Both the position numbers and the translations under genes were made by a program. Below are positions 54,964-64,000 of a DNA stretch of 64,000 nt, in pieces. This DNA comes from Longimicrobiales bacterium (GTDB lineage: Bacteria; Gemmatimonadota; Gemmatimonadetes; Longimicrobiales; Gaopeijiaceae), in the NCBI GenBank assembly GCA_965248195.1, contig CBDFIQ010000002.1:192001-256000 (forward strand), given 5' to 3'. How positions within the stretch are numbered: position 1 is the stretch's first letter; each line of letters starts with the position of its first letter. The notes under the pieces were generated by a model, which was not told where the DNA came from, did not search any database, and was given only the letters and a program-made list of their open reading frames with translations.

Positions 54964-55865
54964 GTCGCGCCCTCTGCGTCAAACAGACCCGCGTCAGTAA
55001 GGGCACCCCGCAGGAAGGCCTCTACCTCGGACGTCGGCGGAACGAGCGGCAGGCGGTAATGGGCCTGCGCATGCCCCAAGATCTCGAGGGCGGCCTTGAC
55101 GGGGATCGGATTCGTTTCGACGAAGAGCGCATGCATCAAAGGCAGCAGCCTGTAGTGCACCTTCCGAGCTTCTTCGTAGTCCCCGCCGAGCGCTTTCTCC
55201 ACCATCTGAGACATCAAAGCCGGTGCCACGTTCGCCACCACGGAGATCACGCCGTCGCCACCTGCCGCGATGAGCGGAAAAGTGAGCCAGTCATCGCCGG
55301 AAAGAATGGTAAACCCGTCTGGGCGTTCCCGGATGAGCGTCATGATTTGTTTGAGATCGCCGGAGGCCTCCTTCACGCCCGCGATGTTTTCGATCTCCGC
55401 CAGAGCGAGCACGGTTTCAGGCAGCACGTTGGATGCCGTACGGCCTGGGACGTTGTAGATGATCACGGGACAGTCCACGGCACCCGCGACCGCCCGATAG
55501 TGCTCGATGAGTCCGCGCTGGGTGGGTTTGTTGTACGCGGGACTGACCGAGAGAATGCCGTCCGCGCCCGCCTCGTGCGCCGTGCGAGCCCTTCGCACTA
55601 CGTCAGCCGTATCGCTTCCGCCGGCTCCGGCAAAGACCGGCGCCCTCCCCTGGGCCGCCTCGACGGTCGTACTGATCACGAGTCGTTGCTCGTCGGCCGA
55701 TTGTGTCGCGCCCTCTCCCGTCGTGCCGCCGGGGACCATCACGCCGACACCGTTCCCAATCTGGAATTCCACGTGCTTTCGGAGGGCCTCCACGTCGATC
55801 GAGCCATCGTTGCGGAAGGGTGTGACCAGGGCCACGCCAGTGCCTGAAAACTGTGTGTTTTCCAT
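54960..55865 (-). CDS. dapA: 4-hydroxy-tetrahydrodipicolinate synthase
   Basis: ALVTPF, GTTGE, YNKP, YNVPGRT, VKEASG, ETNPIPVK. Confidence 0.97.
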   Translation of the reverse strand: MENTQFSGTGVALVTPFRNDGSIDVEALRKHVEFQIGNGVGVMVPGGTTGEGATQSADEQRLVISTTVEAAQGRAPVFAGAGGSDTADVVRRARTAHEAGADGILSVSPAYNKPTQRGLIEHYRAVAGAVDCPVIIYNVPGRTASNVLPETVLALAEIENIAGVKEASGDLKQIMTLIRERPDGFTILSGDDWLTFPLIAAGGDGVISVVANVAPALMSQMVEKALGGDYEEARKVHYRLLPLMHALFVETNPIPVKAALEILGHAQAHYRLPLVPPTSEVEAFLRGALTDAGLFDAEGAT

Positions 55866-55899
55866 GTTTCTAACGGATTAGAGGCCTGAGGCCTCTGCG

Positions 55900-56640
55900 T
55901 CAAGATGTGAACGTTTCGGCTAACATGTCGTCCAAAGTAAAAACGCCCGACCTCCCTTGAATCCACTCGGCCGCGGCGACCGCGCCTCTAGCGAACCCCG
56001 CTCGGGTCCGGGCCTCGTGGCGTAGCTCGATCCGATCGTCGGGTCCCTCCAGGCCGACGACGTGCGATCCCGCCGTTTCCCCGACCCGCTCACTGGCTAC
56101 ATAAAGAACCTGGGGATGCGGCGCACCGTCGGGTAGGGTGGCCGACCAACTCTCCTTCTGGGCCAACTCCTCGATGAGGATATCCGCGAGCGTAATGGCC
56201 GTTCCACTCGGGTGGTCGACCTTATGGCGATGGTGGGCCTCCCGGATGTGAACGTCGTACTCGCTCAGCGCGTCGGCCATTTTGGCGGCCATTCGGGCCA
56301 AGCGAAGAAAAAGGTTTACGCCCAGTGAGAAGTTGGCCGCGTGAACCATTCCGGTTCCGGCGCCGTTCACGGCCGCCGCCGCTTCGTCCAGGCGTTCGTG
56401 CCAGCCCGTCGTCCCCACTACCGCATCGACCCCGGCGGTTGCGAGCGCTGTGATATTGTCCACGGCGGCGTCCGGAACGGTGAACTCGATAGCCACGTCG
56501 GCACCCCCCAACGTTTCGGCGCCGAGGTCGCGGGTGTCCAGGACGGGATCAATCCTGGCGACCACCTCGTGCCCTCTTTCTATAGCCACGTTCTCGACGA
56601 CGCGACCCATTTTTCCGTATCCCACCAGCGCCAGCTTCAT
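55900..56640 (-). CDS. dapB: 4-hydroxy-tetrahydrodipicolinate reductase
   Basis: GYGKMG, VVGTTG, NFSLGV, EAHHRHKVDHPSGTA, FARGA. Confidence 0.96.
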   Translation of the reverse strand: MKLALVGYGKMGRVVENVAIERGHEVVARIDPVLDTRDLGAETLGGADVAIEFTVPDAAVDNITALATAGVDAVVGTTGWHERLDEAAAAVNGAGTGMVHAANFSLGVNLFLRLARMAAKMADALSEYDVHIREAHHRHKVDHPSGTAITLADILIEELAQKESWSATLPDGAPHPQVLYVASERVGETAGSHVVGLEGPDDRIELRHEARTRAGFARGAVAAAEWIQGRSGVFTLDDMLAETFTS

Positions 56641-58166
56641 CGCCGATCCCCCTCCTTCTCCTTTCCCTTCGACGCTTCCTTCTCGCTCGCCTCTTCCCCT
56701 CGTGCCTCGTCCTCCCGGGCCGCTTCCTTCAACTCGATGAGGGAGAGATGGAGTCGGCGCACAAGCTCCGGAGCCTCGGCCTCGTCGACCACGAAGCTGA
56801 TGCTGACATCGGAGGCCTGGGAGATCAGATAGACCGGCGTCTTCTCGACGGCCCAGAAGACGAGGGCATCCATCCCGGGCTCTCTGAGCATGCCTCGTCC
56901 GACCACTGTGACCGTGGCTACGTCCTTCACAACGTCCACCTCCGAGAAGACCGACAGCGCCCGTCGGACCTCGCTGAGATCCTCGTCCCGGTCTACGGTA
57001 AACACGGTGCTGCTATGGGAGGTGGCCACCAGATCGACGGGCACAGCGTGGCGGCCCAAGACACCGAAGACCCTCGCCAAAAAGCCGTATGCCAACGCCG
57101 TTGGGAACGCCCGGACGCGAATGAGGGTCACGTCGGCCTTGTGTGCGACGGCCGCGAAGGCTGCCGCCGCCCCCCGATCGGAGTGGACCAACGTACCCGA
57201 CCGCTCCGGCGCGAAGGAGTTCTTGATCCGGAGCGGCAGGTCGCTCGCGATGGCGTGCTTTGCGGCAGCCGGGTGAATGACGCGTGCTCCGAAATAGGAG
57301 AGCTCGACCACCTCTTCCGACCCGACGTCCGGGACCACCCTGGAATCTCCGACCAAGCGGGGATCTCCCGAGAGAATGCCGTCCACGTCGGTCCAGATGA
57401 CCACCTCGGGGGAGCCCAAGGCCGCGCCCAGCAGAGTTGCCGTGAAGTCGGATCCGCCCCTTCCAAGCGTTGTCGTCGCCCCGCTGGCTTCACTTCCGAT
57501 GAATCCTTGAACCACGGGTACGCAGCCGCCTTCCACGAGGGGAAGGATGTTGCTGGGGGCCAGCTTTCGGATGGACTCGAGGTCTGGTACGGCTGCGCCG
57601 AACTCCGAATTCGTCCAAACAACTTCTCTTGCGTTCAGGACGGCGGCTGGAATGCCTTCGGCTTTCAGGGCGGCCACGGTCAGCTCCACCGTCAGGTCCT
57701 CGCCGATGGCCATGAGCTGGTCCCCGAAACGTTCGGTCCCTTGGCCGGAGCCTTCGTTGAGAAGCCGGGTGGCCCCCTCGAAGATCTCATCGATGCGAGC
57801 CGCCACGGACGCGTGGGCAGCGTCTTCCTTCACGATCACATCGAGAGCTTCTAGATGCCTCTGCTTCATCGCCGCAAGAGTCGTCGATGGATCGGGCACT
57901 CCGGGCGCATCGTCGCCGGTGGTCGCAGCGTCCGCCAGCTGACTCAACTCGTTGCTGACGCCCGCCATGGCGGAAACGACGACCACGCAAGGGTCCCTCT
58001 CATCACGAATGATCGCTGCGAGGGCCTGGAGCCTTTCGGCGCCGTCCACGGAGGTTCCGCCGAACTTATGGACCCGCGGCATCACCACGGCGCTCCCGTC
58101 CGGTTCGCGCTCTCCGGGCGCTGTGCTGGCGCACACTTCGGTGAGGAGCGGTCGATCCGTCATCAC
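56637..58166 (-). CDS. lysC: Aspartate kinase
   Basis: KFGGTSV, VVSAM.G, TTLGRGGSDFTA, IWTDVDG, ACT domains. Confidence 0.95.
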   Translation of the reverse strand: MMTDRPLLTEVCASTAPGEREPDGSAVVMPRVHKFGGTSVDGAERLQALAAIIRDERDPCVVVVSAMAGVSNELSQLADAATTGDDAPGVPDPSTTLAAMKQRHLEALDVIVKEDAAHASVAARIDEIFEGATRLLNEGSGQGTERFGDQLMAIGEDLTVELTVAALKAEGIPAAVLNAREVVWTNSEFGAAVPDLESIRKLAPSNILPLVEGGCVPVVQGFIGSEASGATTTLGRGGSDFTATLLGAALGSPEVVIWTDVDGILSGDPRLVGDSRVVPDVGSEEVVELSYFGARVIHPAAAKHAIASDLPLRIKNSFAPERSGTLVHSDRGAAAAFAAVAHKADVTLIRVRAFPTALAYGFLARVFGVLGRHAVPVDLVATSHSSTVFTVDRDEDLSEVRRALSVFSEVDVVKDVATVTVVGRGMLREPGMDALVFWAVEKTPVYLISQASDVSISFVVDEAEAPELVRRLHLSLIELKEAAREDEARGEEASEKEASKGKEKEGDRR

Positions 58167-59206
58167 CCGCTCCCGAGGACCCCCTGGGCGTGGCAGAGCT
58201 CGGCGTTGAGGAGTGCGGCCCCGGCCGCACCGCGGACGAGGTTGTGACTCAGCACGAAAAACTTGATATCCAAAACCTCACAGGGGCGGATCCGGCCGAC
58301 CGACACGGTCATTCCCTCGCCGAGGTCGCGGTCGAGACGCGGCTGTGGGCGGTCGTCTCCAGGCAAGACCACCAACAAGCGCTCGGGCGCGCTCGGGAGA
58401 TCACCACAGGCATCCGAACCGCGGTATTGCTCGAAGGCCGCGGTTACATCTTCGACCGACGGCTGGCCGGCCAGGGCCACCGACACGGCCATTAGATGGC
58501 CGTCCAGCACGGCAACCCTGGTGCAGGATGCGCTCACCGGGAAGGCCGCCGGCTCCAGGCCCTCCGGCGTGAGCGTCCCGAGAATCTTTTGCGGCTCACA
58601 GGTGAGCTTGTGCTCCTCTCCGCCGATGAAGGGGATGACGTTGTCCACGAGGCTCGCTGCGGGAGGGCCCGGCAGACCGGCTCCGGAGATCGCCTGGAAC
58701 GACGTCGTGACCACGCTCTCGACCCCAAAGATCTCGTGGAGAGGGGCCAGACCCACGGCGAGGCCGACCGCGGCGCAGTTGGGGTTGGTTACGAGGGCGC
58801 CGCTCCACGGCTGGCGGGCGACGAGGTCGAGGTGGTGGGCGTTGACCTCCGGGATGATCAGTGGGACCAGTTCTCCCATCCGATGCGCAGCGGCGTTACT
58901 GACCACCAGGTGCCCCGCCTCCGCCAGCTGGACTTCCAGCTCCTGAGCAGGTTCGGAGGGCAGTGCCGACAGCAGGATGGACGAGGTCCAAGGACCGTCG
59001 GGTGCTTGCAAACGGAGCTCCGCCGTCTCTGAAGAAAGCCCGTCCGCGCCGGCTCCTAAACGGTCGGCGAGGGTTCTCCCTGCTGAGGTCCCGGAACCAC
59101 AGACTTCGCCCAGGCGGAAACAGGGATGCTTCTCCAGTAACCGGATGAGCCTTTGGCCCACAGCGCCGGTTGCGCCGAGCACCCCAACATCAACACGATC
59201 GTCCAA
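58163..59206 (-). CDS. asd: Aspartate-semialdehyde dehydrogenase
   Basis: LGATGAVGQR, TNPNC, QAISGAG, RPQPRLDR, HNLVRGAAG. Confidence 0.96.
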   Translation of the reverse strand: MDDRVDVGVLGATGAVGQRLIRLLEKHPCFRLGEVCGSGTSAGRTLADRLGAGADGLSSETAELRLQAPDGPWTSSILLSALPSEPAQELEVQLAEAGHLVVSNAAAHRMGELVPLIIPEVNAHHLDLVARQPWSGALVTNPNCAAVGLAVGLAPLHEIFGVESVVTTSFQAISGAGLPGPPAASLVDNVIPFIGGEEHKLTCEPQKILGTLTPEGLEPAAFPVSASCTRVAVLDGHLMAVSVALAGQPSVEDVTAAFEQYRGSDACGDLPSAPERLLVVLPGDDRPQPRLDRDLGEGMTVSVGRIRPCEVLDIKFFVLSHNLVRGAAGAALLNAELCHAQGVLGSG

Positions 59207-59351
59207 CTTCCTCTCGCTCCTCTACGGTAGGTATGCTTCTGAATACGCCAAAGCGACAGGCCCCCGCCTGGGCGAGGCGCCATTTCGGCACCTGCAAGCC
59301 GATGTAAGTCGTTGTCCTATGACAATTTGGCACGTTATGACCTTTCCTACA

Positions 59352-59367
59352 TGGCACGGCTTGTGCA
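59352..59367 (+). promoter_or_regulatory. Predicted sigma-54 (-24/-12) promoter for hsp20
   Basis: TGGCACGGCTTGTGCA versus consensus TGGCACG-N4-TTGCW, ~45 bp before ATG 59413. Confidence 0.65.
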
Positions 59368-59412
59368 CCCTCTGAAGATGATTTCTAACCCACCAGCTCA
59401 AGGAGCGGTCCC

Positions 59413-59873
59413 ATGGCACTCGTGAGATATATACCAAAAACGACCTTCGCATCGTGGCCCGAACTCAACCTGTTTTCCAACCGCTTGTCCCGCGTTTTCG
59501 GTGACGTTTGGGATACACCAGAGCCCACCGGTGCTTGGATCCCTGCCGTAAATGTGGAAGAAGCCGCCGACGAGCTGCTGCTTACCGCAGAACTCCCGGG
59601 AATGCGTGAAGAGGACGTCAACGTCGATATAGAGAACAATATCCTAACCATCCGTGGGGAGAAGCGGGAGTCGCGCGAGGAGGGAGACGAAGGGCACAGG
59701 TACCACGTATGGGAGCGCCGGTATGGAAGCTTCCAGCGGGCCTTCACCCTGCCGAGTTCAGTCCAGGCCGATGCGATTCAGGCGGGCTTCGATGCCGGAA
59801 TTCTCACTGTGCGGATGCCGAAGGCCCCCGAGGCGAAGCCCGCACCATCGAGATCGCCGGGAAAAAGAAATAA
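59413..59873 (+). CDS. Small heat-shock protein (Hsp20); apparent 1-nt deletion at ~59840 (track ORF runs to 59898)
   Basis: WIPAVNVEE, AELPG, LTIRGEK, ERRYGSFQRAF.LP, GILTV.MPK. Adding one C restores ...AKPRTIEIAGKKK* with the IxI motif. Confidence 0.95.
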
Positions 59874-59911
59874 GAATCAAGTAAAGAGAAGCAAATGAAG
59901 CACAGAAGGAG

Positions 59912-59942
59912 GTAGTGGGCTCGGTCGGGTCCGAGCCCCTAC
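59912..59942. terminator. Hairpin between convergent hsp20 and suhB
   Basis: GTAG-T-GGGCTCGG loop CCGAGCCC-CTAC; no clear U-tract. Confidence 0.45.
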
Positions 59943-59984
59943 GTCCGTTCTCCGCCCGCCCGGGTCTCGACGCGACGCGGTCGG

Positions 59985-60773
59985 CTATGCGATCAACTCG
60001 TGGAGAGCCTCCTTCATGGCTGGCGAGTTGGCCCCGATGATCGTTCCGGAGGAGAGTCGCAGTGCGCCCCCTTCGACCCGGCCCACCACACCACCGGCTT
60101 CTTCGACGATCACCCATCCCGCCGCGAAGTCCCATGGGTTCAAGAAAAGCTCCCAGAAGGCGTCGAACCGTCCCTCGGCCAGATAGCAAAGATCGATGGC
60201 GGCCGCCCCACCGCGGCGGACGCCGCCGGTGCCGCTGAGTACGCGGACGAGCTGGGCGGAGTGTTCCTCGAGGAGATGTTCCGTCTTGAAAGGAAATCCC
60301 GTCCCGATCAGCGCACGCCGAGTCCCCTCGACTTGGGACACCTCGATGGACGCGCCATTCTTCCAGGCGCCGTGGCCCCGGGCCGCCCACCAGCGTTCCC
60401 CCGTGGGTGCGCATGAAACGGCTCCGACCACCGGAATCCCGTCCATCGCCAACGCCACGGAAGAGGCATGCATCGGATGGCCATGCAGAAAATTCGTGGT
60501 CCCGTCGAGTGGATCGATGATCCAGGCCGGCCCCGAGGGCGGTGTGGCGTCCGGATCCCCGTCGTGGCTTTCCTCCGCTACGATCGTGTGGTCCGGATGG
60601 CTCTCACGGATGACTGCGACGCAGGCCTCCTGGGCGGCGAGGTCCGTCGCCGACACATAGTCGGCTCGGCCTTTTTCTCGGGCGTCGGCGATCCCCACCG
60701 CGGTGGCTTGCTCCTTGTGCACGGCCGCGGCCGCGTCGGCAGCTCTTCGGGCCGTGTCGAGCGGGCTGTTCAA
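59985..60773 (-). CDS. suhB: Inositol monophosphatase family (SuhB)
   Basis: WIIDPLDGTTNF, TGFPF, RR.GAAAIDL, PWDFAAG. Confidence 0.92.
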   Translation of the reverse strand: MNSPLDTARRAADAAAAVHKEQATAVGIADAREKGRADYVSATDLAAQEACVAVIRESHPDHTIVAEESHDGDPDATPPSGPAWIIDPLDGTTNFLHGHPMHASSVALAMDGIPVVGAVSCAPTGERWWAARGHGAWKNGASIEVSQVEGTRRALIGTGFPFKTEHLLEEHSAQLVRVLSGTGGVRRGGAAAIDLCYLAEGRFDAFWELFLNPWDFAAGWVIVEEAGGVVGRVEGGALRLSSGTIIGANSPAMKEALHELIA

Positions 60774-60904
60774 GGAACACAGCCGTCAAGCGCGGAGCTG
60801 AGAAGATTCGTCATCGCCCGAGGGTAGCGGATCGGCCCACCTGCGTCGACTCAGGCTTGGACCGGGAACATTCACATCGTCTCAGGCGGCAGGTAAGTTA
60901 CTCG

Positions 60905-61960
60905 ATGAACGAGACCAGCGAGGGGACGGCGCAGACCAGCGAGGGGACGGCGCAGACCAGCGAGGGGACGGTGCAGAAGCGGGTGCTCAGCGGCATCCAG
61001 CCCACGGGAGAGGTCCACCTGGGCAACTACCTGGGAGCCCTCCGGCAGTGGGTCCACATGCAGGACGAATACGAGTGCTTCTACTCGATTGTGGATTACC
61101 ACGCGATTCTCGGGGAGGACGACCCCGCCGACCTTCCGTCTCGGACCCTGGACATGGCGATCAGCATCTTGGCCGTGGGCGTCGATCCCGAGCGATGCAC
61201 ACTCTTCGTTCAGTCCGACGTGCCCGAACACGTCGAGTTGGCCTGGCTCTTCAATACGGTGGCCCCGGTCGGCGACCTCGAACGGATGACGCAGTACAAG
61301 GACAAGTCGCAGCGGTACGATTCGATCCCCGTAGGCCTGCTCAACTACCCGGTTCTTCAGGCGGCCGACATTCTCATCTATCGGGCGGATGCTGTGCCGG
61401 TGGGTGAGGACCAGAGACAGCATCTGGAGCTCACGCGGGATATCGCCCGGAAGTGGAACGCCCGCTACGGCGAGTTTTTCCCTGAGCCCGGCGCCATCAT
61501 CCCCGAAGTCGGCCGGATCAAGGGGCTCGATGGGGAGGCCAAGATGAGTAAATCGCTGGGGAACACGGTCCCTATTCTGGCGGACGAGGAAGCAGTGTGG
61601 GAGCGCGTCAGGAAGGCCGTGACCGACTCGCAGCGTGTCCGTCGTGACGACCCCGGCCGGCCCGAGGTTTGCAACGTGTTCACGCTCCACAAACTGGTTA
61701 CGGATGCGTCCCTGATTCCGGACATCGAGGCGCAGTGTAGAGCCGGGACCCGGGGGTGCGTCGACTGTAAGCGAATCTTCGCCGACAGCCTCGTGCGTGA
61801 GTTCGCCCCCTTCCGAGAGCGTGCAGAGGACCTGCGAGCGCACCCCGAAGAGGTGCGTGGCGTGCTGGAGGCCGGAGCCGATCGGGCGCGCGCCGTGGCC
61901 CGAGAGACGCTGGCTGAAGCTCGCAGCCGCATGGGAATCAGTTGGCGTTCCGCACTGTGA
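60905..61960 (+). CDS. trpS: Tryptophanyl-tRNA synthetase
   Basis: SGIQPTG..HLGNYLGA, YPVLQAADIL, VPVGEDQ..HLE, KMSKS. Confidence 0.98.
   Translation: MNETSEGTAQTSEGTAQTSEGTVQKRVLSGIQPTGEVHLGNYLGALRQWVHMQDEYECFYSIVDYHAILGEDDPADLPSRTLDMAISILAVGVDPERCTLFVQSDVPEHVELAWLFNTVAPVGDLERMTQYKDKSQRYDSIPVGLLNYPVLQAADILIYRADAVPVGEDQRQHLELTRDIARKWNARYGEFFPEPGAIIPEVGRIKGLDGEAKMSKSLGNTVPILADEEAVWERVRKAVTDSQRVRRDDPGRPEVCNVFTLHKLVTDASLIPDIEAQCRAGTRGCVDCKRIFADSLVREFAPFRERAEDLRAHPEEVRGVLEAGADRARAVARETLAEARSRMGISWRSAL
60914..60976 (+). repeat. 21-bp in-frame tandem repeat x3 (TSEGTAQ) at the trpS 5' end
   Basis: ACCAGCGAGGGGACGGCGCAG x2 followed by ACCAGCGAGGGGACGGTGCAG. Confidence 0.95.
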
Positions 61961-62024
61961 TTGCACAACTTTGGAGTAAGGTGCCTCACGAACTCGATGC
62001 CGAATGTTGGAGGGTGCGACGCTG

Positions 62025-63161
62025 ATGAATGAGATGTTCAAGAAGGCGATCCAGGATGGGGCCAGTGATATCCATATCAAGGCCGGAGACTTCGTCCGAG
62101 CCCGGTTGCATGGGGAACTTATTCCGCTCACCGACCAGAAGCTCTCCCACGAGCAGGTCCGTCAATTGGCCGTGAAGCTGATTCCCTACGAAAAGGACCG
62201 GGATCGCATCGACGAGCTCCAGGACTACGACTGTTCCTGGGGCCTTCCGGGGCTTGGACGCTTCCGCGTCAGTATCCTGAAGCAGCGCGGCGTTCTCGGA
62301 ATCGTCATGAGGATCATCACGATCGACATTCCGACCTTCGAGGACCTCAGGCTCCCGCCCGTGCTCGAGAAGATTTCCCAGAACGAGCGGGGGTTGATCT
62401 TGGTCACGGGGGTGACGGGCAGCGGGAAGAGTTCGACGATGGCGGCCATGATTGGGTACATCAACCGAAACATGCGAAAGCACATCATCACGCTCGAGGA
62501 TCCCATCGAATTTCTGCATCGGGATCTCAACTCTTCAGTCACACAACGCGACGTGGGTTGGGATACCGAGTCGTTTTCGTCGGGCCTCCGCTCGTCCCTC
62601 CGCCAGGACCCCGATGTCATACTCATCGGTGAGATGCGCGACAGGGACACGATCGACACGGCGCTCAAGGCCGCCGAAACAGGCCATCTGGTCATTACCA
62701 CCGTTCACACGAAGAACGCGGTCCAGTCCCTCACGCGCATCATCGGTGTGTTCCGTGCGGAGGAGCAGGAGATGATCCGTACTCGCCTTGCGGATTCGCT
62801 TCAAGCGGTGATCAGCCAGCGCCTCCTTCCGACCGCGAAGGGGGACGGACTCGTGGTGGCTGCCGAGATCATGCTCGTCACGGGGACGATTCGGGATTGT
62901 ATTGTCGACGTGGAGCGCATGGCAGAGATCATCGATCTGGTCCGTGACGGAAGGGAGCAGTACGGATCGCAGACGTTCGATCAGCACCTCATGGAGTTGG
63001 TAAACGCCGAATCGGTGACGTTCGAGGCGGCGAAGAGGGCGGCCAACAGCCCGAACGACTTCGACCTCCAGATGAACATGCTCGGCGCAACCCGTGGCGT
63101 CGGAGCGAGAAGTGCCGTCTTTGAGGATTCTGGAGATGCGATGGGCGACTTCACCGTATGA
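62025..63161 (+). CDS. pilT: PilT/PilU-family type IV pilus retraction ATPase
   Basis: GASDIHI, GRFRV, GLILVTG.TGSGKSST, ITLEDPIE, LRQDPDVILIGEMRD, ETGHLV..T.HT, QTFDQ. Confidence 0.88.
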   Translation: MNEMFKKAIQDGASDIHIKAGDFVRARLHGELIPLTDQKLSHEQVRQLAVKLIPYEKDRDRIDELQDYDCSWGLPGLGRFRVSILKQRGVLGIVMRIITIDIPTFEDLRLPPVLEKISQNERGLILVTGVTGSGKSSTMAAMIGYINRNMRKHIITLEDPIEFLHRDLNSSVTQRDVGWDTESFSSGLRSSLRQDPDVILIGEMRDRDTIDTALKAAETGHLVITTVHTKNAVQSLTRIIGVFRAEEQEMIRTRLADSLQAVISQRLLPTAKGDGLVVAAEIMLVTGTIRDCIVDVERMAEIIDLVRDGREQYGSQTFDQHLMELVNAESVTFEAAKRAANSPNDFDLQMNMLGATRGVGARSAVFEDSGDAMGDFTV

Positions 63162-64000
63162 GCGTCGACCTCTCCGGCGTTCTCGTACCCTGCACGACAC
63201 CTTTCGACCCGGTGACGGGAGACGTGGATCTGGTGGGCTTCCGCGCGAACGTGCGGAGCTTCATGGCACATCCGATCCGAGGGATCGTCGTCGGAGGATC
63301 CACCGGAGAGGCTGTGCTGTTGGACGAGGAGGAGCGGGTGCTGCTGCTCGAAGGCGCCCGTGATCTGGTTCCGGATGACCGCCTGGTGATTGCCGGGACC
63401 GGGGCGGAGTCTACGAGGGCGACGATCCGCCGCTGTGAGGTGTCCGCTGGGAAGGGTGCGGACGCCGTACTCGTCCAGCCGCCCGCGTTTTATCGGGGAG
63501 CCATGACGGACGCCGCATTGTTGGACCATTACGGGGCAGTCGCAGCCGCATCCCCGATTCCGGTCATCCTCTATCAGGTGCCGCTGCGCATGAGCACCCT
63601 GGAGCTCTCCACCGACCTCGTGGCGGGGCTCGCCAAGATCGCCAACGTCGTGGGGATCAAGGATTCGAGGGGCAGCGTTGAAGTCGTGGCGGAGCTGGTG
63701 GACCATACGCCCGATGCGTTCCAGGTCCTGGTCGGGAGTGGTGCCGCCCTTTACGGGGGCCTCGAGTTGGGCGCCGTGGGAGGGATCCTCGGTGTCGCCA
63801 ACCTGGCGCCTGGGCCGGCTGCCGCGATCCACGTGGCCCACAAAGCCGGGGATTCGGCCGAGGCCGGGAGAATCCAGGAAACCGTGGCTCCGATGCATAC
63901 CGAGATCGTAGCCGCGATGGGTGTCCCGGGGGTGAAAGTAGCGCTGGATCTGCTCGGCCTCCGGGGGGGAGATCCCCGGCTTCCTCTTCGGCCGCTGCCC
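63158..64000 (+). CDS. DapA-family aldolase (second copy, HOGA-like), truncated by the window end
   Basis: Not in the ORF track. Read directly: MSVDLSGVLVPCTTPFDPVTG...GGSTGE...AGTGAEST...PP.FY...LYQVP...GIKDS. ATGA overlap with the pilT stop. Confidence 0.88.
   Translation, partial: MSVDLSGVLVPCTTPFDPVTGDVDLVGFRANVRSFMAHPIRGIVVGGSTGEAVLLDEEERVLLLEGARDLVPDDRLVIAGTGAESTRATIRRCEVSAGKGADAVLVQPPAFYRGAMTDAALLDHYGAVAAASPIPVILYQVPLRMSTLELSTDLVAGLAKIANVVGIKDSRGSVEVVAELVDHTPDAFQVLVGSGAALYGGLELGAVGGILGVANLAPGPAAAIHVAHKAGDSAEAGRIQETVAPMHTEIVAAMGVPGVKVALDLLGLRGGDPRLPLRPLP

Noticed and set aside
59207..59300. Lysine riboswitch upstream of asd (GTAGAGGAGC on the minus strand)
   Set aside because: The motif abuts the start codon and is better explained as the RBS. 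There is no room for the aptamer downstream of it.
59327..59350. CIRCE element before hsp20
   Set aside because: Only a TTGGCAC half-site, with no matching GAGTGCTAA arm. The sigma-54 reading fits better.

Overview
GC-rich bacterial chromosomal segment. Gene order and protein types suggest Gemmatimonadota (inference). The left ~20 kb is accessory-like: an IS256 that apparently interrupts an osmC-like gene, two flavoproteins, an ECF sigma module, a large GAF-domain protein, an amidohydrolase, an ADOP permease, a CBM9/DUF5916 outer-membrane protein and a secreted rhodanese. The rest is mostly core: tgt-yajC-def-fmt-thiE-thiS-thiG-rsmB-PASTA, tlpA-cdaR-like-tsaD-lgt-phosphoesterase-tamA-tamB, uvrA, CesT-like/pspA/dat, a peptidoglycan-salvage cluster (namZ, two GH3 NagZ of which one carries a beta-lactamase-fold domain, an SSS symporter, a GlcNAc/MurNAc kinase), a dap operon ending in an atypical class-I aminotransferase, hsp20, suhB, trpS, a pilT-like gene and a truncated DapA-family aldolase. 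The best candidate for an undescribed system is the module at 4003-8483: ECF sigma, an anti-sigma with an extracytoplasmic AMPK-type glycogen-binding (CBM48) domain, a beta-rich exported protein with a second CBM48, a helical exported protein and a helical lipoprotein. Two copies of a 30-bp GTGACC-N16-CGTC promoter motif link the sigma operon to the lipoprotein gene. Four small frameshifts are visible (~3170, ~4947, 6881-6892, ~59840) and may be sequencing indels. No rRNA, tRNA or CRISPR array was seen. All family assignments come from motif recognition, not database searches.
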